From positions 192,001 to 256,000 of the forward strand of contig CAWAGQ010000005.1 in the NCBI GenBank assembly GCA_963781585.1: 64,000 nt of DNA. Reading direction: 5' to 3'. Numbering within the stretch: position 1 is the first letter of the stretch; every line of letters starts with the position of its first letter. Of the stretch, positions 31,465 through 41,366 are shown piece after piece. Made by a program: the position numbers and the translations under genes. The DNA is from an uncultured Gemmatimonadaceae bacterium. GTDB taxonomy: Bacteria; Gemmatimonadota; Gemmatimonadetes; Gemmatimonadales; Gemmatimonadaceae. The notes beneath the pieces were generated by a model, which saw only the letters and a list, made by a program, of their open reading frames with translations, searched no databases and was not told the origin of the DNA.

Positions 31465-34400
31465 ATGCCGCGCTCGCCTTTCCTCAGATCCATCGTCATC
31501 GGTGCACTCGTGACCGCTACGGTCTCGCCCGTGTTCGCACAGAACGGCGGGATGCCCTTCGAGTTCGACTCCACGACCATTGCCTCGTTCCGATGGCGTA
31601 ACGTCGGGCCGGCGAACACACTGGGTCGAATCTCCGACGTGACCGGGCTTCCCTCGCCCTCCAAGACGTTTTTCGCCGCGGCTGCGGGAGGAGGGATCTG
31701 GAAGTCGACCAGCAACGGCGTCACCTGGCGACCGGTCTTCGATACCCAGCGCGTGGTGGCGATGGGCATGCTCGCGATCGCGCCGAGTGACACCATGCAG
31801 GTGTGGGCCGGCACCGGCGAGCCGAACTCCCGGAACACGATCTCACCCGGAGGCGGGGTCTACAAGTCGATGGACGGCGGCATCACCTGGAAACTGATGG
31901 GGCTCGAGCGGACCCAGGCCATCGGCCGCATCGTGGTCCATCCCACCAACCCGGACATCGTCTACGTCGCCGCGTTAGGCGCGCCGTGGAGCGCCAGTCC
32001 TGAGCGCGGGCTCTACAAGACCGGGGACGGCGGGCAGACGTGGCAGCTGGTGAAGTTCATTTCGGACAGGGCCGGCGTGGTGGATGTGGCGCTCGACCCG
32101 TCCAATCCCGATGTGGTCTGGGCCGCCAGCTGGCAACGGGTGCGTGGCCCGTACTTCCTGAATTCCGGCGGGCCGGGCTCGGCACTGTGGAAGTCGGCCG
32201 ATGCCGGCAAGACCTGGACCGAGGTCAAGGGCGGCGGCTTCCCCGAAACCACCAAGGGGCGCATCTCCATCGCCATCGCGCTCTCGAATCCAAAGATCAT
32301 GTACACCATGGTCGAGGCCGATACGGCGCCTAACGCCAAGCCGGCACCCGGGAAGCCGCGACAGGAGGCGCCCAGTGGGCTGTACCGCTCCGACGACGGC
32401 GGCGCCACCTGGACCCGCACCAGCAACCAGAATACGCGGCCGTTCTACTACTCACAGGTGCGAGTCCACCCGAAGAACCCCGATCGCGTGTACTGGTCGT
32501 CCACTCCGGTGCTCGTCTCGAACGACGGCGGACGCACCCCGATGAATGCGACGGTCGGCATCCACGTCGACCACCACGCGATGTGGATCGATCCCGTCGA
32601 TCCCGACCGCATGATCGTTGGCGACGATGGAGGCGTCGCCATCTCCTTCGACCAGGGTGGAACGTACGTCTTCCCCAACGTCTTCCCCATCGGGCAGCTC
32701 TACAACATCAGCTTCGACATGCAGGTGCCGTATCGCGTCTGCGGCGGACTCCAGGACAACGGATCGTGGTGCGGGCCCAGCCGGCGCCGGCAAGGCCCCA
32801 TCACCAACAGCATGTGGTTCAACGTCGGCGGTGGAGACGGGTTCGTCACCCAGCAGGACCCCACGGACCCCAACATCATCTACAGCGAATCACAGGGGGG
32901 ATCGGTCGGGCGCCTGAACTACGCGACCGGTGAACGGGTCAGCCTCGTGAAACCGCAGTGGCGCCCTGCGTACGACATGTGGGAGGATTCCCTCCTCGTC
33001 GACTTCCCGGATACCACCAAGCCGGCGACGAAGGCGCAGAAGAAGCAGGTCGCCGGGATCCGTGCCCGTCAGCGCGCCGATTCCACCGCCCTCGACCTGC
33101 GCTGGAACTGGAATTCGCCCTATTTCATCTCCCCGCACAACCCGCAGACCCTGTACTTCGGCGCGAATCGTGTACTCAAGTCCACGAAGCGGGGCGATGA
33201 CATGTTTCCGATCTCGCCCGATCTCACCACCGCGGACACCATGAAGATCCGCGTCTCGATGAGAACCACCGGCGGCATCACCAATGACGCTACCGGCGCC
33301 GAGACTTATTGCACGATCGTCTCGCTCAACGAGTCGCCGATCCGGCCGGGGATTCTGTTCGCCGGCACCGACGACGGCCGCGTCTGGCTCACCCGCAATG
33401 ACGGCGGCACGTGGGAGGAACTCACCGGGCGGTTCCCGGGAGTCCCCGCCGGCACGTACGTCACGCGCATCGAGCCGTCACCGCACGATTCGATGACCTT
33501 CTTCGTCACCTTCGACAACCACCGGAACGGCGACTTTACACCCTACGCATACCTGACGACGGACTTCGGCAGGACCTTCAGGTCCATCGTGGCAAACCTG
33601 CCGAGAGGGGGGCCGGATTACGTCCACGTCATCCGGCAGGACCTCGTCAACAGGAACCTGCTCTTCCTCGGCACCGATGTCGGCGCATACGTCTCGGCCA
33701 ACCTGGGACAGACGTGGCAGCGATTCATGACCGGACTGCCCACTGTGCCCGTACACGATCTCCGCATTCATCCGCGCGATCACGAGCTGATCGCAGCGAC
33801 ACACGGTCGTGGAATCTGGATCGTCGACATCTCGGCGCTCGAGCAGGTCACGCCCCAGATCATGGCCCAGGATGCCCACCTGTTCGAACCACTCACCTCG
33901 TACGAGTTCGGCGACGTGCCCGTGGAGGGACAATCCACCGGGAACATGGTCTTCGAGGGAACGAGCCCGCCCTACGGCGCTGTCATCGCGTATCGACTGG
34001 CTACGCGCCAGTCACAGGTCCGCGTGGCGATCATCGACGCCGCCGGCGACACGATGCAGGTGCTCAACGGACCGGGGGCGCCCGGAATCAGCCGCGTCGC
34101 GTGGGGGTTCCAGGGCAAGCCACCAAAGCGTCCGCCGCTGTCCATAGCGCAGCACCGTGACTCAGTCGCACAGATGCAGCGGATCGTGTTCGTGCTCGAT
34201 TCCCTCGAGAAGGCTGGCATGAACACGATGATGCTCGGGATGATGCGGCAACTGGCGAAGACCGGCGACCTCACGCCGTTGTTCGCAATGTTCGGCGGGG
34301 GCGGACGCGCAGCGGGACCGGGGGGCTTCGGACCGCCACCGCCATGGAACCCAAGGCCGGCCGAACAGGCGGGCCGTGGGGGTGGTCGCGGCGGCGCCGC

Positions 34401-34704
34401 AGGCGGCGGTCGTGCGGGCGGGGCCGGCACGCCCGGCATGGATCAGAACGGTCTCCTCCAGGTGATCCAGCTCTTCCAGCTCCCTGGAAAGCCCGCTGCC
34501 AGTGGATTCGCGGCCTTCAACTTCCTCACGAATCTTGGTCTTGGACCCGTCGGCTTCGGCGGCGCAGCGGGTGGCGGCGCCGTGGCCCCCGGTGACTACA
34601 TCGTCTCCGTGACCGCTGGCGGCCAGACGATGCGGCAGAAGGTCCGGGTTGAGCGCGCGAACACCACGGGCGCCGCGACCTCGCCCTTCCAGGAGCGGCC
34701 CTGA
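31465..34704 (+). CDS. Secreted BNR/Asp-box (VPS10/sortilin-like) beta-propeller glycosyl hydrolase-like protein
   Basis: WRNVGPA…GRISD, repeated SxDGGxTW Asp-boxes, HVDHHAMWIDP, GGLQDNGSW and ATHGRGIWI. Confidence 0.88.
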   Translation: MPRSPFLRSIVIGALVTATVSPVFAQNGGMPFEFDSTTIASFRWRNVGPANTLGRISDVTGLPSPSKTFFAAAAGGGIWKSTSNGVTWRPVFDTQRVVAMGMLAIAPSDTMQVWAGTGEPNSRNTISPGGGVYKSMDGGITWKLMGLERTQAIGRIVVHPTNPDIVYVAALGAPWSASPERGLYKTGDGGQTWQLVKFISDRAGVVDVALDPSNPDVVWAASWQRVRGPYFLNSGGPGSALWKSADAGKTWTEVKGGGFPETTKGRISIAIALSNPKIMYTMVEADTAPNAKPAPGKPRQEAPSGLYRSDDGGATWTRTSNQNTRPFYYSQVRVHPKNPDRVYWSSTPVLVSNDGGRTPMNATVGIHVDHHAMWIDPVDPDRMIVGDDGGVAISFDQGGTYVFPNVFPIGQLYNISFDMQVPYRVCGGLQDNGSWCGPSRRRQGPITNSMWFNVGGGDGFVTQQDPTDPNIIYSESQGGSVGRLNYATGERVSLVKPQWRPAYDMWEDSLLVDFPDTTKPATKAQKKQVAGIRARQRADSTALDLRWNWNSPYFISPHNPQTLYFGANRVLKSTKRGDDMFPISPDLTTADTMKIRVSMRTTGGITNDATGAETYCTIVSLNESPIRPGILFAGTDDGRVWLTRNDGGTWEELTGRFPGVPAGTYVTRIEPSPHDSMTFFVTFDNHRNGDFTPYAYLTTDFGRTFRSIVANLPRGGPDYVHVIRQDLVNRNLLFLGTDVGAYVSANLGQTWQRFMTGLPTVPVHDLRIHPRDHELIAATHGRGIWIVDISALEQVTPQIMAQDAHLFEPLTSYEFGDVPVEGQSTGNMVFEGTSPPYGAVIAYRLATRQSQVRVAIIDAAGDTMQVLNGPGAPGISRVAWGFQGKPPKRPPLSIAQHRDSVAQMQRIVFVLDSLEKAGMNTMMLGMMRQLAKTGDLTPLFAMFGGGGRAAGPGGFGPPPPWNPRPAEQAGRGGGRGGAAGGGRAGGAGTPGMDQNGLLQVIQLFQLPGKPAASGFAAFNFLTNLGLGPVGFGGAAGGGAVAPGDYIVSVTAGGQTMRQKVRVERANTTGAATSPFQERP

Positions 34705-34826
34705 GCGGAGTACCCGAGCGCGTGTCACCCCTCGCTCGTCGTGGCGAAACGACGCATCCAGGGAGCGCTTCGGGACTGGCGTGGGTTATGGTAGCTGGCG
34801 GGTATGGGCGGAGGGTTGCACCCTCA

Positions 34827-34881
34827 CAGCTGATGGCTGTCCGCTGACAACTGTTCGCTGCTGTTCACAGCCGATAGCTGG
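34827..34881 (+). repeat. Degenerate heptamer array (NNGCTGW type)
   Basis: CAGCTGA TGGCTGT CCGCTGA CAACTGT TCGCTG…CAGCCGA TAGCTGG. Confidence 0.6.
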
Positions 34882-34931
34882 TATCTTGCTACCAATCGGC
34901 CCATGCCGGGGTATGCCGGCGGGGGCTGGAC

Positions 34932-35014
34932 TGTCACTGGCCAGGTGAGGGCCGGTTTGTCACTGGCCAGGTGGGGGCCGGTTTGTCACTGGCCAGGTGG
35001 GGGCCGGTTTGTCA
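34932..35014 (+). repeat. 26-bp tandem direct repeat, three copies plus a partial fourth
   Basis: TGTCACTGGCCAGGTG(A/G)GGGCCGGTT starts at 34932, 34958 and 34984; a partial TGTCA starts at 35010. Confidence 0.92.
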
Positions 35015-35056
35015 ATCTTGGAAGTATCCGCGAACCCGCAGCCCGATCAGCTCGAG

Positions 35057-36676
35057 ATGTCAGCACTGTCCTCGTATCGCCAATCGCGCACATCGCCCTT
35101 CGAACGCCGCCTGGCGTCCGTCGTGCTCGCAGCGTTGTTCTTGAGCGCCGGTGGAAATCTCGGCGCGCAGGGCGGCAAACCCCCCTCCAAGCCGCCCGCT
35201 CAACCACCCACGTCCCCTACGGCACCGCCCGCGGACAGCGCTCAGCCCCGATCTGACAGCACCCAGGCGCCGGAGAGTGCGCTCGCCTCGATCACCGGAT
35301 CGGTCTACGACAGCGTGCATATGGCCCCGCTCCAGAGCGCTGCCGTGCACGTCGTCGGCACCACCCGCATGTCATTCACCAACGAGTCCGGGCGCTATCG
35401 CATCGACAGCGTCCCTCCGGGAATGCATCGCGTGGGTGTCGAGCACGCCCTGCTCGATTCCATCGGGGTGACGATGGTGACGGATTCCTTTGAACTCCAC
35501 GAGAACGACAGCAAGATCCTCGATCTCGCGGTTCCATCGAGCGAGACGCTGGTCGCTGTCTCCTGTCCTCCGGCGCGGCGCGCGCTGGGACCGACGGCAA
35601 TCATCGGACGGCTCCTCGATGCGGACACCGATGCGCCGGTCCAGGGAAGCCGCGTCTCCTTCGCCTGGTCGGAGATCTCGATCACGTCGGGGTTGCGGCG
35701 TGTTCCCCGGGTCATGGATGCCACCACCGGAGCCGATGGTGTCTTCCGGGTGTGCGGGCTGCCCAAGGACGTCGAGGGGACGCTTCAGGCTGAGATGAAG
35801 GGGATCACCACCGCCGAAGTGCCGATTCGGATCGAGGCGACGCCGCTCAGGATTCAGGGGCTGCGCATCGGCAACGCCAAGACGGTCGCGCAGGTGGATA
35901 GCTCCGTGTCCAAGCCGGGTACCAGCGACAAGGCGACCGGTCAGCGTTTCTCTGCGCTCAATCTCCAGCGAGGCGATGCGGTCCTGCAGGGACGAGTGGT
36001 TTTCGCCAACGGGCAGCCTGTGGTTGGCGCGCGCGTGGACGTTCGGAATGCCGTGAGCGCCACGCTGACGAAGGAGAACGGGGAATTCACGCTTTCGGAG
36101 CTGCCGCCTGGTACCCAGACCGTGATCGCCCGCCAGATCGGGTTCGCCCCGGTTGAGGTCCCCGTCGACCTCTCCACCCGCGCCACCAGGACTGTGACCA
36201 TCACGATGAGCAAGCCGGCGGCTCAGCCGCTTCCCACCGTGGAGGTGAAAGCCGAACAGGACAAGGGCCTGGACAACCTCGGATTCATCTCGCGGCAGCG
36301 CATAGGAAACGGGTATTTCGTGACCGGCGACGACGTGATGAAGCGTGCACCGAACGTTCTCACCGACGTGTTCCGTACCATTCCGTTGCTGCGCGTTACC
36401 CCAGGCGGAGCGTATGGCAATGAGTACATCGTCGAGGAGACGCGCAGGCAGGGATTGACCAGTTGTGTGCGCTATGTAGTGGACAACGCACCGTGGGAAG
36501 CCCTGTATCCGGGTGATCTCGACCGCCTCATGCCCCCGTGGGAAGTCGGCGCAATCGAGGTCTACTCGTCAGCAAGCGTGCCGATCCAGTTCACCGGCGC
36601 TGGTCAGTCGGCCTGTACGGTCATCGTGATTTGGTCGAAGTCCAGCGTTGACGCGGCGAGCAGGCGGAAGAAGTAG
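35057..36676 (+). CDS. Secreted protein with carboxypeptidase-regulatory-like domains and a C-terminal TonB-plug-like domain
   Basis: Signal peptide, repeated G-V-D…G-Y/F beta-sandwich modules and a terminal VGAIEVYS…PIQF…CTVIVIWSK. Confidence 0.7.
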   Translation: MSALSSYRQSRTSPFERRLASVVLAALFLSAGGNLGAQGGKPPSKPPAQPPTSPTAPPADSAQPRSDSTQAPESALASITGSVYDSVHMAPLQSAAVHVVGTTRMSFTNESGRYRIDSVPPGMHRVGVEHALLDSIGVTMVTDSFELHENDSKILDLAVPSSETLVAVSCPPARRALGPTAIIGRLLDADTDAPVQGSRVSFAWSEISITSGLRRVPRVMDATTGADGVFRVCGLPKDVEGTLQAEMKGITTAEVPIRIEATPLRIQGLRIGNAKTVAQVDSSVSKPGTSDKATGQRFSALNLQRGDAVLQGRVVFANGQPVVGARVDVRNAVSATLTKENGEFTLSELPPGTQTVIARQIGFAPVEVPVDLSTRATRTVTITMSKPAAQPLPTVEVKAEQDKGLDNLGFISRQRIGNGYFVTGDDVMKRAPNVLTDVFRTIPLLRVTPGGAYGNEYIVEETRRQGLTSCVRYVVDNAPWEALYPGDLDRLMPPWEVGAIEVYSSASVPIQFTGAGQSACTVIVIWSKSSVDAASRRKK

Positions 36677-36679
36677 CCC

Positions 36680-37561
36680 TCAGACCCGTTCTTCGTGCGG
36701 CTCCATGTGGATCAGCACGCCCTGCACCGCCGGAATCGCGCCCATGATTGCCCGCTTCACCTTGCCGCTCACGATGTGGGCATCGTGCAGTGACATCTCG
36801 GGCGCCGCTTGAACGTGGAGGTCCACGAAGTACCCCGGGCCGGCGCGTCGTACCTTGAGCTTTTCGATTGCCTGAACGTCGTCCACGCCGCGTGAGATCC
36901 GTGTAATGCGCTCGAGCAGTTCCGGCTCGGCGGTTCGGTCCATGAGCGCTTGTACGGCGGGTCGAATGAGTCGGGTCGCACTCCATCCGATCACCGCGGA
37001 TGCCGCGAGAGCCGCCCAGTCGTCGGCAGACTCCCAACCCGGGCCCTTCCACAGCGCGACGCTGATGCCGATGAACGCTGCCGCCGAAGTCAGCGCGTCG
37101 CTGCGATGGTGCCAGGCGTCCGCGGTGATGGCCGCACTGCCCACGTCTCTGCCGACGGCGGCCACCCGGCGATAGAGAACCTCTTTCACCACCACCACCC
37201 CTACCAGTACCACGAGCGTGAATGGCGCGGGGGCGTGCTGTGGAGTGATGATCTCGCGGACGGCTTCGATCGCGATACCCGCGGCCGCGCCGAACATCAT
37301 CAGCGACACCGTCGCGGCGGCGAGGGATTCGGCCTTGCCGTAGCCGAAGGGATACACATCGTCCGCTTCACGCGACGCGATGCGCAGACCGCTCCAGACG
37401 ATCACCGACGACAGGATGTCGCCGGTGGATTCCACGCCGTCGGCGATCAGCGCATAGGAGTTCCCCACCACACCGGCGACGAGCTTGAAGACCGCGAGCG
37501 CAGCGTTGATGAGGAGCCCGAGTTGGGCGAATCGGATGCCGCGGGCGATGTCGAGAGGCAT
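36680..37561 (-). CDS. Cation diffusion facilitator (FieF-like) transporter
   Basis: SYALIADGVES, YPFGYGKAE, ADAWHHRSD and IHMEP. Confidence 0.93.
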   Translation of the reverse strand: MPLDIARGIRFAQLGLLINAALAVFKLVAGVVGNSYALIADGVESTGDILSSVIVWSGLRIASREADDVYPFGYGKAESLAAATVSLMMFGAAAGIAIEAVREIITPQHAPAPFTLVVLVGVVVVKEVLYRRVAAVGRDVGSAAITADAWHHRSDALTSAAAFIGISVALWKGPGWESADDWAALAASAVIGWSATRLIRPAVQALMDRTAEPELLERITRISRGVDDVQAIEKLKVRRAGPGYFVDLHVQAAPEMSLHDAHIVSGKVKRAIMGAIPAVQGVLIHMEPHEERV

Positions 37562-37668
37562 GGTGCGCGACGTGGCCGGTGTGTAATGGCCCGCGCGCGG
37601 CAGCGTGGCAAGGGAGTCCCCACGGTGTGGGGGACGGTCACCTATGCCCGATTCTCGGTTCCAACCAC

Positions 37669-37701
37669 GCGGTGAACCGGGGGCGACCGCCGGTTCACCG
37701 C
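37669..37701. terminator. GC-rich hairpin just downstream of the beta-barrel gene
   Basis: GCGGTGAACCGG…CCGGTTCACCGC, a 12-bp stem. There is no U-tract on the minus-strand 3' side. Confidence 0.55.
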
Positions 37702-37715
37702 AAAACTTACAGCCT

Positions 37716-38315
37716 CTACTGCCCGCCCTTCATCTTGAAGGTCAGCCCGACGTTGAGCGTGGCAGCGCCGGCTCCCACGTCCCCGTAAAGCGCCATGCTC
37801 TGACTCATGAAGTAGCGGGCGCCGAGCCGACCAATGAAGTAAAGGCCCGAGGAGTATGCCCCGCAATAATTCGACAGCGCTCCGGAGCAGCTCACGACTT
37901 CAAAGCCCAGACCCAACCCGATAAACGGATCGAACTTGGTGTTGTTCTCGAGATGGAAATGGTAGTTGGCGGTGGCGCCAATGGGGATGTAGCTGACACT
38001 GCAGTCGTAGGGATTGCAGCCGTTCCAATGCCACCAGTCCGCGCTCACTTCGAAGCCCAGGACGCCGTTGCTCAGGCTTGGAAGCGTCTTGATGCCGTGT
38101 TCGAAGCGTCCGCCAATGGAAATGCTGGCCGAGCCGATGCCGCCCAGCCCGATCACCGGGCCAATGTCCGTGTAGCCGGGCCTGAAGCCTCCTCCGGCAG
38201 ACGCGCCTTGCGCGGCCGCCGTCGTGCTCCCGCGACTTGCCTGTGCGTGGGTCGTCGAGTTGAGCACGAACGTCAGTGCGGCGGCGACACCCAATACACG
38301 CGTCATTCTCGGCAT
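37716..38315 (-). CDS. Small outer-membrane beta-barrel protein (OmpA/OmpW-like fold)
   Basis: GAGGAGG RBS, signal peptide, DPFIGLGLG, GARYF and LNVGLTFKM. Confidence 0.8.
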   Translation of the reverse strand: MPRMTRVLGVAAALTFVLNSTTHAQASRGSTTAAAQGASAGGGFRPGYTDIGPVIGLGGIGSASISIGGRFEHGIKTLPSLSNGVLGFEVSADWWHWNGCNPYDCSVSYIPIGATANYHFHLENNTKFDPFIGLGLGFEVVSCSGALSNYCGAYSSGLYFIGRLGARYFMSQSMALYGDVGAGAATLNVGLTFKMKGGQ

Positions 38316-38660
38316 ATCTCGCTCCTCCTCGACATGAGTGGAAACGTGCGCGGACCCCACGCACCCAGGGCGGCACATGTGACGGCTCTAACGGCCCACA
38401 CAATACAGTGCGAAAGACCAATTCGCCACACGTCATTTCGGGCCGATCGGTGGCATGTTGCCGTTCTCGCTTGCTGCCTATGCGCAAATGTCGGGTGATA
38501 CCTCTCAGCCGGTGATCGTCCAGCCAAATCGCTCGGCTTGTTCCCCGCGGGACGGGTCTCGCGCGTCAGGCGCGTCACTTTGTTCGGTCCCGACACATTC
38601 TCCGGGAACGGTCCGCTCTTGGTGGAACCATCACGAGGATGGTCAACCGGGCGTGTCGTA

Positions 38661-38797
38661 TGACCTTTGGCCTTTGGCCTTTGCCTTTGGCCTTTGAGCC
38701 TTTGGCCTTTGACCTTTGGCCTTTGCCTTTGGCCTTTGGCCTTGGCCTTTGACCTTTGGCCTTTGACCTTTGGCCTTTGCCTTTGACCTTTGGCCCT
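38661..38797 (+). repeat. Long heptamer tandem array (about 20 units of TG(G/A)CCTT)
   Basis: TGACCTT TGGCCTT TGGCCTT TGCCTT… immediately downstream of the M48 gene stop. Confidence 0.95.
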
Positions 38798-38802
38798 ATC
38801 GC

Positions 38803-40251
38803 CTACTCCACCACCCGCTTCACGATGGTCCCGGCCGCGAGCGACTCGTTCACTTCCACGCCGTTGATCAGCGCCACCTCGGCAAGGGGGATGACCGACG
38901 GGTAGGTCTGATTGAACTCCGTCACCGTCATGGCCCGCGGCAACGTCACGAGTGTGATGCGCTGAGGCTTCACGTTCAGTGCCTGCGGATCGGTCAGTTG
39001 CTGGAACGAGGACATCGTCTGTCGGAACGCTGCATCGTACCGGCTCTCCATCGCCGTCGTGGAATAGCCGAGGATCCGGTACGTACTCCCGCTCAGACTC
39101 ACGAACGCCACCCATCCACTCAGGGCCCCCTGGTCGGTCTGGGCAGTGAACGAGCCGACAGCAGACGGCAGACCGTTGATGCTCGAGGTGCCGGTGCGCT
39201 GTCCGCTCAGGCCCTGCTGGCCAAGGAACGTCGTGAGGGCCTCGGACGGAGGCGTGGTTCCCGCCAGTGAGAGCACCAGCACCGCATCCTGCGCCGAGCT
39301 GACCCCCACCACCTGGTCCGCCTGGTTCGCGGTCTTCCATCCGCTGGGAAAATCAAGACGGAATCGCAGCGTTGGGTGGAGGAATGTCGTGCCGCGGAAG
39401 TATCCCAGACGCGGGTCCTCCCCGAAAACGAGTCCTCCGATGTGCTGAAGGTATTGGTCGCGGTCGATCTTCAGCCCGCTGGGGAGTGGGCTCGCGGCGG
39501 CGATGCGCTGCTCTGTCCTGGCGACCCGGTCACCGGGGTCTGGATGGGTCGATAGCCAGCCCGGGGTCTTTCCGCCGCTCGCGTCGCTGATGCGCTGCAG
39601 GGTCTCGAACATGCGTTCCATGGCGTGCGGGTCATACTGCGCCTGCAGCGTGTAGCGGAATCCCAGGTCGTCGGCCTGCGTTTCCTGATCCCGGCTGAAC
39701 TTCAGGAAGAGGACGTTCATGGCGTCGCTGGCCAGATTGCCGAACTGTTGGAGTTGCGGACTCACGATCATCCCGACCCCGAGAGCAAGTCCGGCGAGTT
39801 GCTGCCGCGACATTTCGTGCACCTGATGCTTCGCGGTGATGTGCCCGGTTTCGTGTCCCAGCACGGACACCAGCTGTGCCTCGGAATTCGCGTAGGTCAG
39901 CAGCCCCCGGGTGACGAACACGGGGCCGCCGGGCAGCGCAAAGGCATTCACCGACGCATCCTCGACCACCTGGTACGACCACGGCAGGCCGGGACGCTCC
40001 GATTTCGGCCCCAGCAGCATGCCTAACGACGACACGTACGCCTGCAGCGCCTGATCATCGGTGAGCCCGATGGTCCGAACCACCTCCTCCTTCCCCTGCT
40101 GGCCGAGGGCGATCTCGTCCGACTCCGAGATGAGCGACAGCTCCCGCTTCCCGGTGACCGGATTGGTTGCGCACGCCGCCAGGGCGAGGGTGAAAGCGAC
40201 ACCGCGGAACGCGGGACGAATCAGCAAGCGAGAGCCCTGAGACATGCGCAT
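38803..40251 (-). CDS. M48 family metalloprotease lipoprotein (BepA/LoiP-like) with C-terminal extension
   Basis: Lipobox LAAC-ATNPVTG; VNAFALPGG, HETGH, FSRDQETQAD and LSTHP. Confidence 0.92.
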   Translation of the reverse strand: MRMSQGSRLLIRPAFRGVAFTLALAACATNPVTGKRELSLISESDEIALGQQGKEEVVRTIGLTDDQALQAYVSSLGMLLGPKSERPGLPWSYQVVEDASVNAFALPGGPVFVTRGLLTYANSEAQLVSVLGHETGHITAKHQVHEMSRQQLAGLALGVGMIVSPQLQQFGNLASDAMNVLFLKFSRDQETQADDLGFRYTLQAQYDPHAMERMFETLQRISDASGGKTPGWLSTHPDPGDRVARTEQRIAAASPLPSGLKIDRDQYLQHIGGLVFGEDPRLGYFRGTTFLHPTLRFRLDFPSGWKTANQADQVVGVSSAQDAVLVLSLAGTTPPSEALTTFLGQQGLSGQRTGTSSINGLPSAVGSFTAQTDQGALSGWVAFVSLSGSTYRILGYSTTAMESRYDAAFRQTMSSFQQLTDPQALNVKPQRITLVTLPRAMTVTEFNQTYPSVIPLAEVALINGVEVNESLAAGTIVKRVVE

Positions 40252-40552
40252 GGTGACCTCGTGCAGGCGTGTCGGTTTCGGCGTACGCGAGCCGGCGGGC
40301 AGGCGGACGCGCGGCCCTTGGGCGATCAGCGTCCCGCGGCGAATCCGTGTGGACGAGCGCATCCATCGCGTGGGCCACCAGTACGATACTACGATCCGGG
40401 GCTCGAGGTTCGCGCCTCCTGGCGTCCGTCCACCGGCCTTGGGTATGCACGTCACATCCATGACGGGCTCGTGCGATCTCCATCCGCCGACGGCTAATCT
40501 TCCGCTCCGGCCTGCTGCGGCCTACGTTGGATCGACCTTGACCTTCCTGATC

Positions 40553-41314
40553 ATGCTGCCCTCTTCCGCTCGCACAGGATTCCGGCGGGTGCGTCCCCTC
40601 CGCCTGGCCGCACTGGCGTGGCTGGGCGCCATCTCCTGCTCGCACCGCGCAACCAACGGTATGTCAGCTGTAGCGCCGGACGTCGATCCGCAATCTCCGC
40701 GCAACCAGCAGGGCGCATCCTGGCGCGCGCTGTTCGACGGGACGTCGCTCGAGGCCTGGCGGGGGTACCAGTCGGCCGCGATTCCCGACGGCTGGACGAT
40801 CGTGGACGGCACACTGGCCAAGGACCATACCACCGGCGACATCATGACGAAGGACCAGTTCGGCAATTTCGAACTGGAGTTCGAATGGAAGATCGGGACC
40901 GGGGGCAATGGGGGCGTGTTCTATCGCGCCACGGAGGAATACGACCACATCTACTGGAGTGCGCCCGAATACCAGCTGCTCGACGACGCCAATGCGCCCG
41001 ACGGCCGGAGCCGCCTGACGTCGGCGGGTTCGGACTACGGGCTGTATCCCGCGCCGGCAGGCATGGTGAAACCGGCGGGTGAATGGAACGCCTCACGCAT
41101 CGTCGTGAACGGCCCCCACGTGGAGCACTGGCTCAACGGCACCAGGCTGCTCGAGTACGATCTCTGGAGCCCTGACTGGGAGGCGAAGGTGAAGGCAAGC
41201 AAGTTCGCACCCTGGGCCAACTACGGACGGGCGAAGACGGGATACATCGGGATGCAGGGCGATCACAATGGAACGCTGGCCTTTCGCAACATCCGGATCC
41301 GCGTCCTGAAGTAG
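40553..41314 (+). CDS. DUF1080 / 3-keto-disaccharide hydrolase family lipoprotein
   Basis: [32 protein letters not shown]…VEHWLNG and GYIGMQGDH…FRNIRIR. Confidence 0.9.
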   Translation: MLPSSARTGFRRVRPLRLAALAWLGAISCSHRATNGMSAVAPDVDPQSPRNQQGASWRALFDGTSLEAWRGYQSAAIPDGWTIVDGTLAKDHTTGDIMTKDQFGNFELEFEWKIGTGGNGGVFYRATEEYDHIYWSAPEYQLLDDANAPDGRSRLTSAGSDYGLYPAPAGMVKPAGEWNASRIVVNGPHVEHWLNGTRLLEYDLWSPDWEAKVKASKFAPWANYGRAKTGYIGMQGDHNGTLAFRNIRIRVLK

Positions 41315-41320
41315 CACGCC

Positions 41321-41348
41321 TGGCCCATGGCCTGTGGCCTCTGGCCTC
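41321..41348 (+). repeat. Short heptamer array (4 units)
   Basis: TGGCCCA TGGCCTG TGGCCTC TGGCCTC. Confidence 0.75.
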
Positions 41349-41366
41349 TACACCTGTCTCCACTGC

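Noticed and set aside
34932..35014. 26-bp palindromic repeats as a CRISPR array
   Set aside because: Copies are head-to-tail with no unique spacers, and there are no cas genes in the window.
38316..38660. Riboswitch or ncRNA in the long leader of the beta-barrel gene
   Set aside because: I could not recognise a conserved aptamer or sigma-54 motif by eye. An Rfam/Infernal search would be needed.
38303..39340. ORF with KGQRQRPKV repeats
   Set aside because: It is just the translation of the heptamer array plus an alternate frame of the M48 gene.
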